DNA of 64,000 nt. It comes from an uncultured Chloroflexia bacterium. Its GTDB lineage: Bacteria > Chloroflexota > Limnocylindria > Limnocylindrales > CSP1-4. The stretch's first letter is position 1; every line of letters starts with the position of its first letter. Location: positions 608,001 through 672,000 of the forward strand of contig CAVVJT010000004.1 in the NCBI GenBank assembly GCA_963748625.1, read 5' to 3'. Positions 9,906 to 18,850 of this stretch are shown piece after piece. The position numbers and the translations under genes were made by a program. Below the pieces are notes generated by a model. It saw only the letters and a program-made list of their open reading frames with translations. It ran no database searches and had not been told where the DNA came from.

Positions 9906-10648
9906 CCGACGACCACGTTGGCCGCAATGCCGACGTGGTCGGACGGGAAGAGGGTCGGATCGCCAACGGCCGGGCGGTCGAACACCAGCCGCGCATCCTC
10001 CACCCGCGCGGCGCCGCGCACCCAGAGGTAGTCGAGGCAATCGGGGTCGCCGTTGGTGTCCATCGCCGGCGCGATGAGGCCCGACGGCCAGGTGACGGCG
10101 GGGTCCTTGCCGTTGGCGGCGGCGAAGGCGGACACGAAGCCCGCCGCCCCCATGTGCAGCGCGGCCGGCGTCTCCGGCCCCGCGTTGAAGTCCCCGACGA
10201 CGATCATCGCGTCATGCTCGGGAGAGGCCTCCAGCCAGGCCAGCAGCCGGTCCACCTGCGCGGCGCGGATCGCGTGATCAGCCGGGAGATGGTGCAGGTG
10301 CACGACGGCGAACACCAAGCGCGCCCCGCCAAGCAGGTTGACCCGGACGCGGAGCGCGGACCGGGTGTGCTCGAGGTCGACACGCTCCACATCGCCGGCG
10401 ACGAGTGGCTGCTTCACGAGCACGCTGTTGCCGTACTCCGGGCGTCCTGCCCACCCGCGATGCGCCTCGTAGCGGCCGTCGCCTGCGGCGCCGAGGAGAC
10501 GGTCCTGCTGCAAGGGGTAGACGACCTCGTTGAGGCCGAGCAGGTCCGGCTGCAGGGCGGCCATGTCCGCCAGCAGGAGCGGCAATCGCTCCTCCCAGCG
10601 GTCGGCGAGGTTGAGGATGTTCATGGTCGCGACGAGCAGGCGGTCCAC
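9902..10648 (-). CDS. Endonuclease/exonuclease/phosphatase (EEP) family protein
   Basis: ATMNI, LNEV, YGNSVL, GDFN, DYLW, PSDH. Confidence 0.9.
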   Translation of the reverse strand: MDRLLVATMNILNLADRWEERLPLLLADMAALQPDLLGLNEVVYPLQQDRLLGAAGDGRYEAHRGWAGRPEYGNSVLVKQPLVAGDVERVDLEHTRSALRVRVNLLGGARLVFAVVHLHHLPADHAIRAAQVDRLLAWLEASPEHDAMIVVGDFNAGPETPAALHMGAAGFVSAFAAANGKDPAVTWPSGLIAPAMDTNGDPDCLDYLWVRGAARVEDARLVFDRPAVGDPTLFPSDHVGIAANVVVG

Positions 10649-10674
10649 GGGTGACTCGGTTCCTCCGCTGCGGC

Positions 10675-11721
10675 TCAGGCCAGGCCCTGGGCCGCGGCCT
10701 GGGTGAATGGGATGGTGAAGGTGAACGTGGAGCCGCGGCCCTCGTCGGACTCCACGCCGATCTGGCCGCCGTGACCCTCCACGATGTGGCGCGAGATGGC
10801 AAGGCCCAGCCCGGTGCCGCCACCGCGGACCCGGGCGCGGTCCACCTTGTAGAACCGCTCGAACACCCGTGACCGATCGGCACGTGCGATCCCGATACCC
10901 TGGTCGGCCACCGCGACCTCCGCGAAGGCCGCGTCCGACGGGTGGCGGCGGACGGTGATCCGGACCTCACCCCCGTCCGGGCTGAACTTGACCGCATTGT
11001 GGACCAGGTTGACGAGCACCTGGGCCAGGCGCTCCTCGTCCCCGGCCACGCGCGGCAGATCGGGCTCTGCATCGACCACGAGCGCGACGCCCTGGCGCTC
11101 GGCGAACAGGCGCAGGCGGTCCGCCGAGCCAGCCGCAAGGGCGGCAAGGTCGATCTCGTCGACCAGGCGCAGCTGCGTGCCGCCCTCGATCCTGGCCAGG
11201 TCGAGAAGCTCGTTGACCATCTGGGTGAGGTGCCCGGTCTCCACCTCGATCCGGGCGATTCGGTCACGGATGCGGTCCGGCACCTCGGCCAGCTGCGCCT
11301 CGCGAGCGAGCGTCTCCGTGAGGAGCGAGACGGTGGAGAGCGGCGTGCGGAGCTCGTGGCTCAGGTTGTCGATGAACTCGGTCCGCATCTGGCGGAGGCG
11401 GCGGAGCTCCGAGACATCCTCGAGGATGACGGCGAGCATGCCGTCCTCGGCGCGGTGCGCCCGCACCGCGACGGTCCTGGCGCCACGCCTGCCCAGCCTG
11501 GCCTCGGCCGTGGTGGCGCCACCCGGGGGAAGGGCGTCCAGCGTGGCCTCGAGGCGCGCGTCGAGCAGCACCTCCATGAGGCTGCGGCCGACCACACGGC
11601 CGGGCACGATGTCGAGGATGACGTGCGCGGCGGTATTGGCGTCGTCGATCAGCCGGTCACGCCCGACGCGCAGGATGCCGACGGGCACGAGATCCTCGAT
11701 CGGATCGCGCAAGGTGGGCAT
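10675..11721 (-). CDS. phoR: PAS-containing sensor histidine kinase, PhoR/SenX3-like, with no TM segment
   Basis: EFIDNLSHELRTPL H-box, NLVHNAVKFS, DQGIGI, RVFERFYKVDRAR, GTGLGLAI. Confidence 0.85.
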   Translation of the reverse strand: MPTLRDPIEDLVPVGILRVGRDRLIDDANTAAHVILDIVPGRVVGRSLMEVLLDARLEATLDALPPGGATTAEARLGRRGARTVAVRAHRAEDGMLAVILEDVSELRRLRQMRTEFIDNLSHELRTPLSTVSLLTETLAREAQLAEVPDRIRDRIARIEVETGHLTQMVNELLDLARIEGGTQLRLVDEIDLAALAAGSADRLRLFAERQGVALVVDAEPDLPRVAGDEERLAQVLVNLVHNAVKFSPDGGEVRITVRRHPSDAAFAEVAVADQGIGIARADRSRVFERFYKVDRARVRGGGTGLGLAISRHIVEGHGGQIGVESDEGRGSTFTFTIPFTQAAAQGLA

Positions 11722-11880
11722 GCCAGCAGGATCGCACATCCCGCCGCAGCGGCGGGGCGGCGCGCCGGGCGGGGCGGGAGCCGACGCTCGGCTCAGCGGG
11801 CGCGCCGGCGCGGCGGGCGGGTCAGCCGACGCTCGGCTCAGCCGGTCGCCTGGACCGGCCGCGGACGGGGCGGAGGGGCC

Positions 11881-13035
11881 TCAGCGGGCGCGCCGGACGT
11901 CGGGGCCTGGTGCCGGCCCCCGGTCCCCTGCCCCATCGGACCCGGTCGCATCAGCGAAGGGCGTCGTGTAGGCGGCGAACTGCGCGGGCGGGAACGCGTG
12001 TCGCAGCGCCACCACGTGGCCCTGCCGCGCGAGGAGGCGCTGTGCCCGGGCGGCCGCGGCCGGCGTGAGTCCGTCCACGCGGAGCGCGGCTGCCACGTCG
12101 CGCGCGGCCAAGGTCGCGGAGATCCGCAGCGCCTCGTCCTCGTCGCGATCGAGGGCGGCCGGCCACGGCCGGTCACCGCCGGCAATCCCTGTTGAGGCTC
12201 GAACGAAGACCGCCACCTCGGACGCGGTCATCACGGCGACCCGCGCCTTCAGCAAACCCACCTCGGCGCCGTTGGGGCCCCAGCGCGGCTGCTCGAGGGA
12301 GGCATCCCACGCCCGCAGCAGCCGCTCCCGCGCACGGGACCGGAACGGCTCGGCGAGCGTGTCGTCCAGGAATGGGCCCAGCGCGATCTCCGTGGCCACG
12401 CTGGTCAGCCCCTCGCGGATGCCGGTCTCCAGCCAGCGCGCGTGCGGGACGAGCGCTGCCAGCTCGGCCTCCACCGCATCAAGCTCCGCGGCGGCCTCCG
12501 GTGAGGCGAAGCGGCGGACGGTGGCCGCGAACGCGATGGGCGGCGGCTCGGCGGCAGCCATCCGGTCGAACTCGTCCGGGGTGAGACGGCGGACACGATC
12601 CATGAAGCGCGCGAGGCGGATCTCGGGCTCGCCGCGCACCAGGTCGGGGCGCGTGGACGGGCGTGGACGCGGGCGCCGCGGTGCGGCAGGGTGCCGGGGC
12701 CAGGGTCGCCCGCGCCGGCCGCTGCCGCTGTGACCGCTCGCACCGCCGCTGTGCCCGCCCGCACCGCCGCGACGACGGGTTACGGGCACGGGAAGCGGCT
12801 CCAGGCCCATGACCTCGCGGTCATAGCGGGCTCGCAGCTCCGGATCCGCGAGCCAGTCGTGTGCGACGTTGATCCGCTTGGCCTTCTCGAGCGCCGCGGC
12901 CGAGTCGCCGGCAACGTCGGGATGATGACGGCGCAGCAGCGCACGCCACGCCAGCTCGATGGCTTCGGGCGTCGCCTCGGGCTCCAGGCCCAGGCGTGCG
13001 TAGAGGTCGTCGTCAGGGACGAGGGGACCGGGCAT
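11881..13035 (-). CDS. J-domain protein with uncharacterised helical C-terminus
   Basis: DLYARLGL...RRHHPDVAG...INVAHDWLADPELRARYD. Confidence 0.85.
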   Translation of the reverse strand: MPGPLVPDDDLYARLGLEPEATPEAIELAWRALLRRHHPDVAGDSAAALEKAKRINVAHDWLADPELRARYDREVMGLEPLPVPVTRRRGGAGGHSGGASGHSGSGRRGRPWPRHPAAPRRPRPRPSTRPDLVRGEPEIRLARFMDRVRRLTPDEFDRMAAAEPPPIAFAATVRRFASPEAAAELDAVEAELAALVPHARWLETGIREGLTSVATEIALGPFLDDTLAEPFRSRARERLLRAWDASLEQPRWGPNGAEVGLLKARVAVMTASEVAVFVRASTGIAGGDRPWPAALDRDEDEALRISATLAARDVAAALRVDGLTPAAAARAQRLLARQGHVVALRHAFPPAQFAAYTTPFADATGSDGAGDRGPAPGPDVRRAR

Positions 13036-13055
13036 CGTCTACCCGACGACCGGCG

Positions 13056-14774
13056 TCAGACCGGCGTGGCGCTGCGCCCGGCCAGGAAGGCCTCGACATC
13101 CTCGAGCGGGCGCACCGTCTTCTCGCCGGTGACGCGGTCCTTGACCTCCACCCCGCCCGCCTCGAGCGAGCGCGGGCTGACGGTCAGGATCCACGGCATG
13201 CCGAGCAGCTCGGCGTCCGTGAACTTCACGCCGGGCGACTCGTCGCGGTCGTCGTACAGGATCTCGTGGCGGTCGCCGGCGTCGGCCGCGAGCTGGTGCA
13301 GGCGGTCGGCGATCTCCGTGACGCGGGGATCCTTGTTCGCGCCGATTGCGACCAGGTGGGCCTTGTACGGGGCCACCTCGGCCGGCCAGGCGATGCCCTT
13401 GTCGTCGTGGTGGGCCTCGACGACGCAGGCGACGTTGCGCCCGAGGCCGATGCCATACGAGCCCATGATGATCGGGTGGCGCTCGCCGTCCTCGCCCAGG
13501 TACTCGGCACCGAGCGCCTTGGTGTACTTGGTGCCCAGCTTGAAGATGTTCCCGATCTCGATCCCGTTGCGCATGATGATCGGCTTGCCGCAGTCCGGGC
13601 AGCCGTCGCCCTCGCGCACGTTGGCGATGTCCGCCACGACGTCGGGCGTGTAGTCCCGCCCGACGTTGGTGTTCTTCAGGTGGTACTCGGGCTTGTTGGC
13701 GCCGGCGACCAGGTTGGCCGACCTCGCGACCAGCGAGTCCACCACCACGAAGGCATCCCGTGCGCCGATGGGCGAGCCGTAGCCCGCCTGCATGCCGCGC
13801 GCGAGGATCTCCTCCACCTGGGCCGGGCGGATGCCGCCCAGCACCTTGGCCGCGTTGACCAGCTTCGTCTCGTTGAGATCGTCATCGCCGCGCACGATCG
13901 CCACGATGAAGCGCCCATCGCCGGCCACCATGAACACCGCCTTGGCGGTCCTGCTCACCGGGACGCCGAGGAACTCCGCGAGCGAGTCGATCGTGGTGGT
14001 GCCGGGCGTGAACACCTCCTCCACCGGGAGCTGGTCCTCGGGCTCGGGGTCCGCCTGCGTGTGCGGGGCGACCTGGCGGTTGGCCGCGTAGCCACAAGCC
14101 TCGCACAGCACCAGGACGTCCTCGCCGGCGGGGTTGAGGAACATGAACTCGTGTGCGAGGCTGCCGCCCATCATGCCCACGTCCGAGCTGACCGGGATGG
14201 CGCCGATGCCGAGCCGCTCGAAGATGCGGGTGTAGGCGCGGTGGTGGGCCCAGTAGTTGGCGTCCAGGCCCGCCTCGTCGCGATCGCAGCTGTACGAGTC
14301 CTTCATCACGAACTCGCGCACGCGGATCAGGCCGCCGCGAGCCCGGGGCTCGTCGCGGAACTTCGTCTGGAAGTGGTAGATGACCATCGGCAGCTGGCGG
14401 TAGCTCTTCACGATGTCGCGCAGCAGGTCTGCCACGACCTCCTCGTGGGTCATCGCGAGCACCATGTCCCGGCCGCCACGGTCCTTGAACCGGGCCATCT
14501 CCGGCCCGATGGCGTCATAGCGCCCCGTCTCGCGCCAGAGATCGGCCGGGTGCACGACCGGCATCTCCATCTCCTGCGCGCCGATGGCGTTGAGCTCCTC
14601 GCGGATCACCTGCTCCACGCGCTTGCTGACGCGGAAGCCGAGCGGCAGCAGCGAGTAGATCCCGGCGCCCAGCTGGCGCACGTAGCCCGCTCGCAGCAGC
14701 AGGCGGTGGGACGGCATCTCCGCTTCGGAGGGGTCGTCACGGAGCGTGGTGAAGAAGAGGTGGCTCAAGCGCAT
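13056..14774 (-). CDS. proS: Proline--tRNA ligase (bacterial type with editing insertion)
   Basis: MRLSHLF, SHRLLLRAGY, FRDEPRARGGLIRVREF, GIEIGNIFKLGTKY, MGSYGIG. Confidence 0.98.
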   Translation of the reverse strand: MRLSHLFFTTLRDDPSEAEMPSHRLLLRAGYVRQLGAGIYSLLPLGFRVSKRVEQVIREELNAIGAQEMEMPVVHPADLWRETGRYDAIGPEMARFKDRGGRDMVLAMTHEEVVADLLRDIVKSYRQLPMVIYHFQTKFRDEPRARGGLIRVREFVMKDSYSCDRDEAGLDANYWAHHRAYTRIFERLGIGAIPVSSDVGMMGGSLAHEFMFLNPAGEDVLVLCEACGYAANRQVAPHTQADPEPEDQLPVEEVFTPGTTTIDSLAEFLGVPVSRTAKAVFMVAGDGRFIVAIVRGDDDLNETKLVNAAKVLGGIRPAQVEEILARGMQAGYGSPIGARDAFVVVDSLVARSANLVAGANKPEYHLKNTNVGRDYTPDVVADIANVREGDGCPDCGKPIIMRNGIEIGNIFKLGTKYTKALGAEYLGEDGERHPIIMGSYGIGLGRNVACVVEAHHDDKGIAWPAEVAPYKAHLVAIGANKDPRVTEIADRLHQLAADAGDRHEILYDDRDESPGVKFTDAELLGMPWILTVSPRSLEAGGVEVKDRVTGEKTVRPLEDVEAFLAGRSATPV

Positions 14775-14824
14775 GGCGCGAAGTCTACCGTCCCGGGGGC
14801 CGGCGTCCGCAGTGCACAGCACCT

Positions 14825-14981
14825 CGGGGCGCCCGAAGCCCCGCCTCCAACGGCCGCACGTCGAAGTGGGGCGTCCGAAGCCACGCTTCGACGGCCAGGA
14901 TGCCCGGACAGTGTCCGTTCGGGGCTTCCGAAGCCCCGAACGGACCGATGGGCGTCGAACGCGGGGCGCGGGAGACCCCGC
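14825..14981. repeat. Cluster of four palindromic REP-like units (GGGGC-n4-GAAGCCCC), including a long hairpin at 14913-14945
   Basis: Units at about 14826, 14868, 14921 and 14963 (spacing 42/53/42). Confidence 0.65.
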
Positions 14982-15013
14982 ACCGCATGGAGGGGCTCGG
15001 CCCGGGCGCCGCC

Positions 15014-16135
15014 TCAGGCGGCAGCCATCAGCGCCAGCAGCACCCCGCCGGCGACCACGCTGGCCACCTGGCCCGCGGCGTTCGCGCCCATCGCGTGCAT
15101 CAGCGGGAAGTTCTCGAAGTCCTCCTCGGCAGCCACGCGCTGGACCACCCGGGCGGCCATCGGGAAGGCGCTGATCCCGGCGGCGCCGATGAGCGGGTTG
15201 AACGTCCCGCCGGACACCGCGTTGATGCCCTTGGCGAACAGGATGCCCATCGCGATGTCGAGCACGAAGGCGACGATGCCCAAGGCCAGGATGGCGAGCG
15301 TGGAGGGCTCCAGGAACTGTTCCCCCACCATCGTGGACCCGATGGCGAGGCCCAAGAACAGCGTCACGATGTTGGCGATCTCGTTCGACGACGTCTTGGT
15401 CAGGCGCTCGACGGCCCCCGACTCGCGCATCAGGTTGCCCAGCATCAGCGAGCCCACCAGCGGCGTGGCGAACGGCACCAGCACGCCCACCACGAGCGTC
15501 ACCGCCACCGGAAAGATGATCCGGGTGCGCTTGCTGATGACCCGGCTGGTGTACTCCATCCGGATCCGGCGCTCCTTCGCGGTGGTCAGGGCACGCATGA
15601 CCGGCGGCATGATCAGCGGGACGAGCGCCATGTAGCTGTACGCGGCAACGCTGATGGGGCCGAGGAGGTCGGGCGCCAGGATCCCCGACACATAGATCGA
15701 GGTGGGCCCATCGATCGCTCCGATCACGCCGATCGAGGCCGCCTCCGGCCGTGTGAACCCCAGGAGCAGCGCCAGGCCGAGCGTCCCGAAGATGCCGAAC
15801 TGCCCGGCCGCGCCCAGGATCACCATGCGCGGGTTCTCGAGCAACGGCCCGAAGTCGGTCATCGCCCCGATCCCGATGAAGATCAGCAGCGGGAACAGCT
15901 CGTTCTCGATGCCGGCGTCATACAGGATGGTCAGCAGGCCGTCCGGCCCGATCATCGGCGAGAGCGGCAGGTTGGCGAGGATGCAGCCGGCGGCGATGGG
16001 CAGCAGCAGCAGGGGCTCGTAGTCGCGGGCGATCGCCAGGTACAGCAGCACCCCGGCGATCACGAACATGACCACCGACTGCCAGGAGAGGGCTGTCACC
16101 CCCGCCAGGAGCTGGTCGATCGTCCCCTGGCTCAT
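15014..16135 (-). CDS. mmdB: Na+-translocating decarboxylase beta subunit (MmdB/OadB family)
   Basis: YEPLLLLPI, GIGAMTDFGPL, IGAIDGPTSIY, AAYSYMALVP, HAMGAN. Confidence 0.93.
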   Translation of the reverse strand: MSQGTIDQLLAGVTALSWQSVVMFVIAGVLLYLAIARDYEPLLLLPIAAGCILANLPLSPMIGPDGLLTILYDAGIENELFPLLIFIGIGAMTDFGPLLENPRMVILGAAGQFGIFGTLGLALLLGFTRPEAASIGVIGAIDGPTSIYVSGILAPDLLGPISVAAYSYMALVPLIMPPVMRALTTAKERRIRMEYTSRVISKRTRIIFPVAVTLVVGVLVPFATPLVGSLMLGNLMRESGAVERLTKTSSNEIANIVTLFLGLAIGSTMVGEQFLEPSTLAILALGIVAFVLDIAMGILFAKGINAVSGGTFNPLIGAAGISAFPMAARVVQRVAAEEDFENFPLMHAMGANAAGQVASVVAGGVLLALMAAA

Positions 16136-16656
16136 CCCTGGGCCGCGCTGAGCCGTACGAGCGGGTCCCCGGGACCCACCGGCTGGCCCGCCTCCACCTC
16201 GACGGCTGCCACCACGGCGGCACGCGGCGCACGGATCGTGTTGCGCATCTTCATCGCCTCGAGGACGAGGACCGGATCGCCGCGCTTGAGCACGGAGCCC
16301 ACGCTCACGTGGACCTCGAGGATCACGCCGGGCATGGGGGCCGCCAGGATGTCGGCCTTGGAGCCACCCGCCGTGCCGGGCGTGCCCGCGTGTGCCCGAG
16401 GAGGCAGCGCCGGGCCCGGTGCCGCGGGGCGCGCCTCCGGCGAGAGCGCCGTCGCGAACGGGAGGTCCGCGATCTGGCGGGGCTCGTCGGGCATCGGCAG
16501 CTCGGGCGAGATGACCGCGCCCGGAAGGTCCTCGTCGGCCTGGAGGGCGGCCTCGTACGTGACCCCGTCGACGGTGACCGAGAACTGGTCGGACGCGGTC
16601 TCCTCGACGTCGATGGTGAACGGCGTGCCGTCCACGGTGACGGTATAGCGGCGCAC
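16132..16656 (-). CDS. mmdC: Biotin carboxyl carrier subunit
   Basis: APMPG...VLEAMKM biotinylation motif; Pro/Ala linker. Confidence 0.9.
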   Translation of the reverse strand: MRRYTVTVDGTPFTIDVEETASDQFSVTVDGVTYEAALQADEDLPGAVISPELPMPDEPRQIADLPFATALSPEARPAAPGPALPPRAHAGTPGTAGGSKADILAAPMPGVILEVHVSVGSVLKRGDPVLVLEAMKMRNTIRAPRAAVVAAVEVEAGQPVGPGDPLVRLSAAQG

Positions 16657-16659
16657 GGG

Positions 16660-17055
16660 CTACCTCCGGCGACGCCAGGACTGGCCCTGGCGGGTACGGC
16701 CCGCGGCGACCCAGCGGCTGGCGAAGAGCAGGCTCCCCGGCCAGTAGCTGCGCATGGCGGGAGCGGCCTGGAGGCGGCGGGCCTCCTCGTGCCGCACGAT
16801 GGCGATGGTGATGGCGGCAAGCAGCCGCGGGTCGAGATCGGGCGGGGCGCCCAGGAGGCGCACCATCGGCCGGCCCCCGCCGTCGGTTGCCGCGTCCTCC
16901 CCTGGTGCTGCCGTGGGGCCGGCGGCCCCTGCGGACGCGAGGCGCGCATCCGCGCGCATCAGGATCGTGAGCAGCAGCCACACGATCGCGAGGACCGCGA
17001 AGACGATCGCCATCCCGATGACGGTGGTCGAAACCCAGAAGGCGAGGTCGTCCAT
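16660..17055 (-). CDS. mmdD: OadG/MmdD-family membrane anchor subunit
   Basis: TVIGMAIVFAVL N-terminal TM, AAITIAI, S.W..AGR motif; position in the operon. Confidence 0.8.
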   Translation of the reverse strand: MDDLAFWVSTTVIGMAIVFAVLAIVWLLLTILMRADARLASAGAAGPTAAPGEDAATDGGGRPMVRLLGAPPDLDPRLLAAITIAIVRHEEARRLQAAPAMRSYWPGSLLFASRWVAAGRTRQGQSWRRRR

Positions 17056-17058
17056 GGG

Positions 17059-18618
17059 TCAGACCGGGAACAGGCCGTGCTTCTTGGGCGGGTTCTGCTG
17101 GACCTTCGTACGCAGCAGCTCCAGCGAGCGGATCAGGCGCTGGCGTGTCTCGCGCGGCTCGATGACCTCGTCGATCTGGCCCGAGTCCGCGGCCCGGTAC
17201 GGATTGAAGAAGGCCTCGCGGTACTCGTCGACGAACCCTTGCTCGGCGGCCGCGGGATCCTCGGCGGCGGCGATGTCGCGCCGGTACAGGATCCTGACCG
17301 CGGCGTCGGCGCCCATGACCGCGATCTGCGCGCCCGGCCAGGCGAAGGCGATGTCCGTGCGCATCTGGCGCGACGACATGGCGACGTAGGCGCCGCCCAT
17401 CGCCTTGCGGGTCACGATGGAGATCTTGGGGACCGTTGCCTCGCAGTAGGCGTAGATGATCTTCGCGCCGTGGCGGATGACCCCGCGGTACTCCTGGTCG
17501 ATGCCGGGCAGGAAGCCCGGGCAGTCCACGAACGTGACCACCGGGATGTTGTAGACGTCGCAGATCCGGATGAAGCGGCTGATCTTGTCCGACGCGTCGA
17601 TGTCGAGCACGCCCGCCATCACCATCGGCTGGTTGGCGACGATGCCGACCGAATAGCCGTCGAGGCGCCCGAAGCCCACCACCGCGTTGGCAGCGAAGGC
17701 TGGGTGGATCTCGAGGAAGCTGTCCCGGTCGAGCACGCGGTCGAGGATCTCGCGCACGTCGTAGGCCTCGGCCTCGTCCTGGGGGATGAGGCTGTTGAGC
17801 TCGTCGTCCATGCGGTCGGCCGGGTCGTAGGGGCTGACCTGGGGCGGATCCTCATTGTTGTTCTGGGGCAGGTAGCCGAGCAGCTGCTTGGCCAGCTCCA
17901 GGGCCTGGCGCTCCGTGTCGGCCACCAGGTGGGCCACGCCGCTGCGGGCATCGTGCACATCGGGGCCGCCCAGCTCCTCCACGGTGACCTTCTCACCGGT
18001 GACGGCGGCGACGACGTCGGGCCCGGTGAGGAACATGGAGCTCGTGCCGCGGGCCATGACCACGAAGTCCGTCAGGGCGGGTGAGTAGACCGCGCCCCCG
18101 GCGCACGGCCCCAGGATCAGGCTGATCTGGGGGATCACCCCCGAGGCGAGGACGTTGCGCACGAACACCTCGCCGTAGGCGGCGAGGCTGAACACGCCCT
18201 CCTGGATGCGCGCTCCACCCGAGTCGTTGAGCCCGATCAGGGGCACACCGGACTCCATCGCGAGGTCGCTGATCCGGCTGATCTTGTTCGCCTGGACCCG
18301 GGACATCGACCCGCCGAGGACCGTGAAGTCCTGCGCGAAGGCGGCGACCCGACGGCCGTTGATCTTGCCGAACCCGGCGACGATGCCATCCCCCGGGAAC
18401 CGCTGCCGATCCAGTCCGAAGGCGGTCTCGTCGTGGGTGGCGAGGGCGCCCAGCTCCTGGAACGACCCGTCGTCGAGGAGCAGCTGGAGGCGCTCCCTGG
18501 CGGTCAGCTTGCCGCGCGCGTGCTGGGCCGCGATGCGCTCGGGGCCTCCACCTTCGACGGCCCGCGCGCGCATGGCCCTGAGGGTGTCGAGATGCTCAGT
18601 CACTCCTGCAGGGTGCAT
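17059..18618 (-). CDS. mmdA: Acyl-CoA (methylmalonyl-CoA-type) carboxyltransferase subunit
   Basis: GKLTARER, QDFTVLGGS, DSGGARIQEG, GPCAGGAVYSP, DCPGFLPG, PKKHG. Confidence 0.9.
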   Translation of the reverse strand: MHPAGVTEHLDTLRAMRARAVEGGGPERIAAQHARGKLTARERLQLLLDDGSFQELGALATHDETAFGLDRQRFPGDGIVAGFGKINGRRVAAFAQDFTVLGGSMSRVQANKISRISDLAMESGVPLIGLNDSGGARIQEGVFSLAAYGEVFVRNVLASGVIPQISLILGPCAGGAVYSPALTDFVVMARGTSSMFLTGPDVVAAVTGEKVTVEELGGPDVHDARSGVAHLVADTERQALELAKQLLGYLPQNNNEDPPQVSPYDPADRMDDELNSLIPQDEAEAYDVREILDRVLDRDSFLEIHPAFAANAVVGFGRLDGYSVGIVANQPMVMAGVLDIDASDKISRFIRICDVYNIPVVTFVDCPGFLPGIDQEYRGVIRHGAKIIYAYCEATVPKISIVTRKAMGGAYVAMSSRQMRTDIAFAWPGAQIAVMGADAAVRILYRRDIAAAEDPAAAEQGFVDEYREAFFNPYRAADSGQIDEVIEPRETRQRLIRSLELLRTKVQQNPPKKHGLFPV

Positions 18619-18734
18619 GGCCGAGGCATCGCCACCAACGGCCGATCGGCCCGGCTCTTGGCGCAGATGGGCGTGTCGGCCCGGGCTGGGCAGCGCCCGC
18701 AGGGGGTCCGAACCGCCCCCGGTCGCGCGGGGCC

Positions 18735-18762
18735 GTTAACCATGCGTTATCGCCGGTATGCT
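18735..18762 (+). promoter_or_regulatory. Two PHO-box-like units plus a TATGCT -10 element upstream of pit
   Basis: GTTAAC 18735, GTTATC 18746, TATGCT 18757. Confidence 0.55.
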
Positions 18763-18850
18763 CTCGGCATCGCGGTCCCTGTGCGACGGCCCGTTCCCGC
18801 CGCCTGCGCATCCCCTCGGCCCAACCAAGCACTCGAGGCGCTCCGGCATC

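Noticed and set aside
14825-14981. Spaced palindromes as a mini-CRISPR or a proS T-box riboswitch
   Set aside because: Units are short and degenerate with irregular spacing; no T-box GGTGGnACC motif; proS appears leaderless.
12996-15635. 879-aa + strand ORF and many other long overlapping ORFs (e.g. 21357-23126, 53030-54943, 14900-16648)
   Set aside because: Antisense or off-frame shadows of real genes, typical of high-GC DNA; no recognisable motifs.
17059-18618. Propionyl-CoA carboxylase beta subunit (pccB) of an ATP-dependent carboxylase
   Set aside because: No biotin carboxylase nearby; the adjacent OadG and OadB-family genes indicate a decarboxylase Na+ pump.
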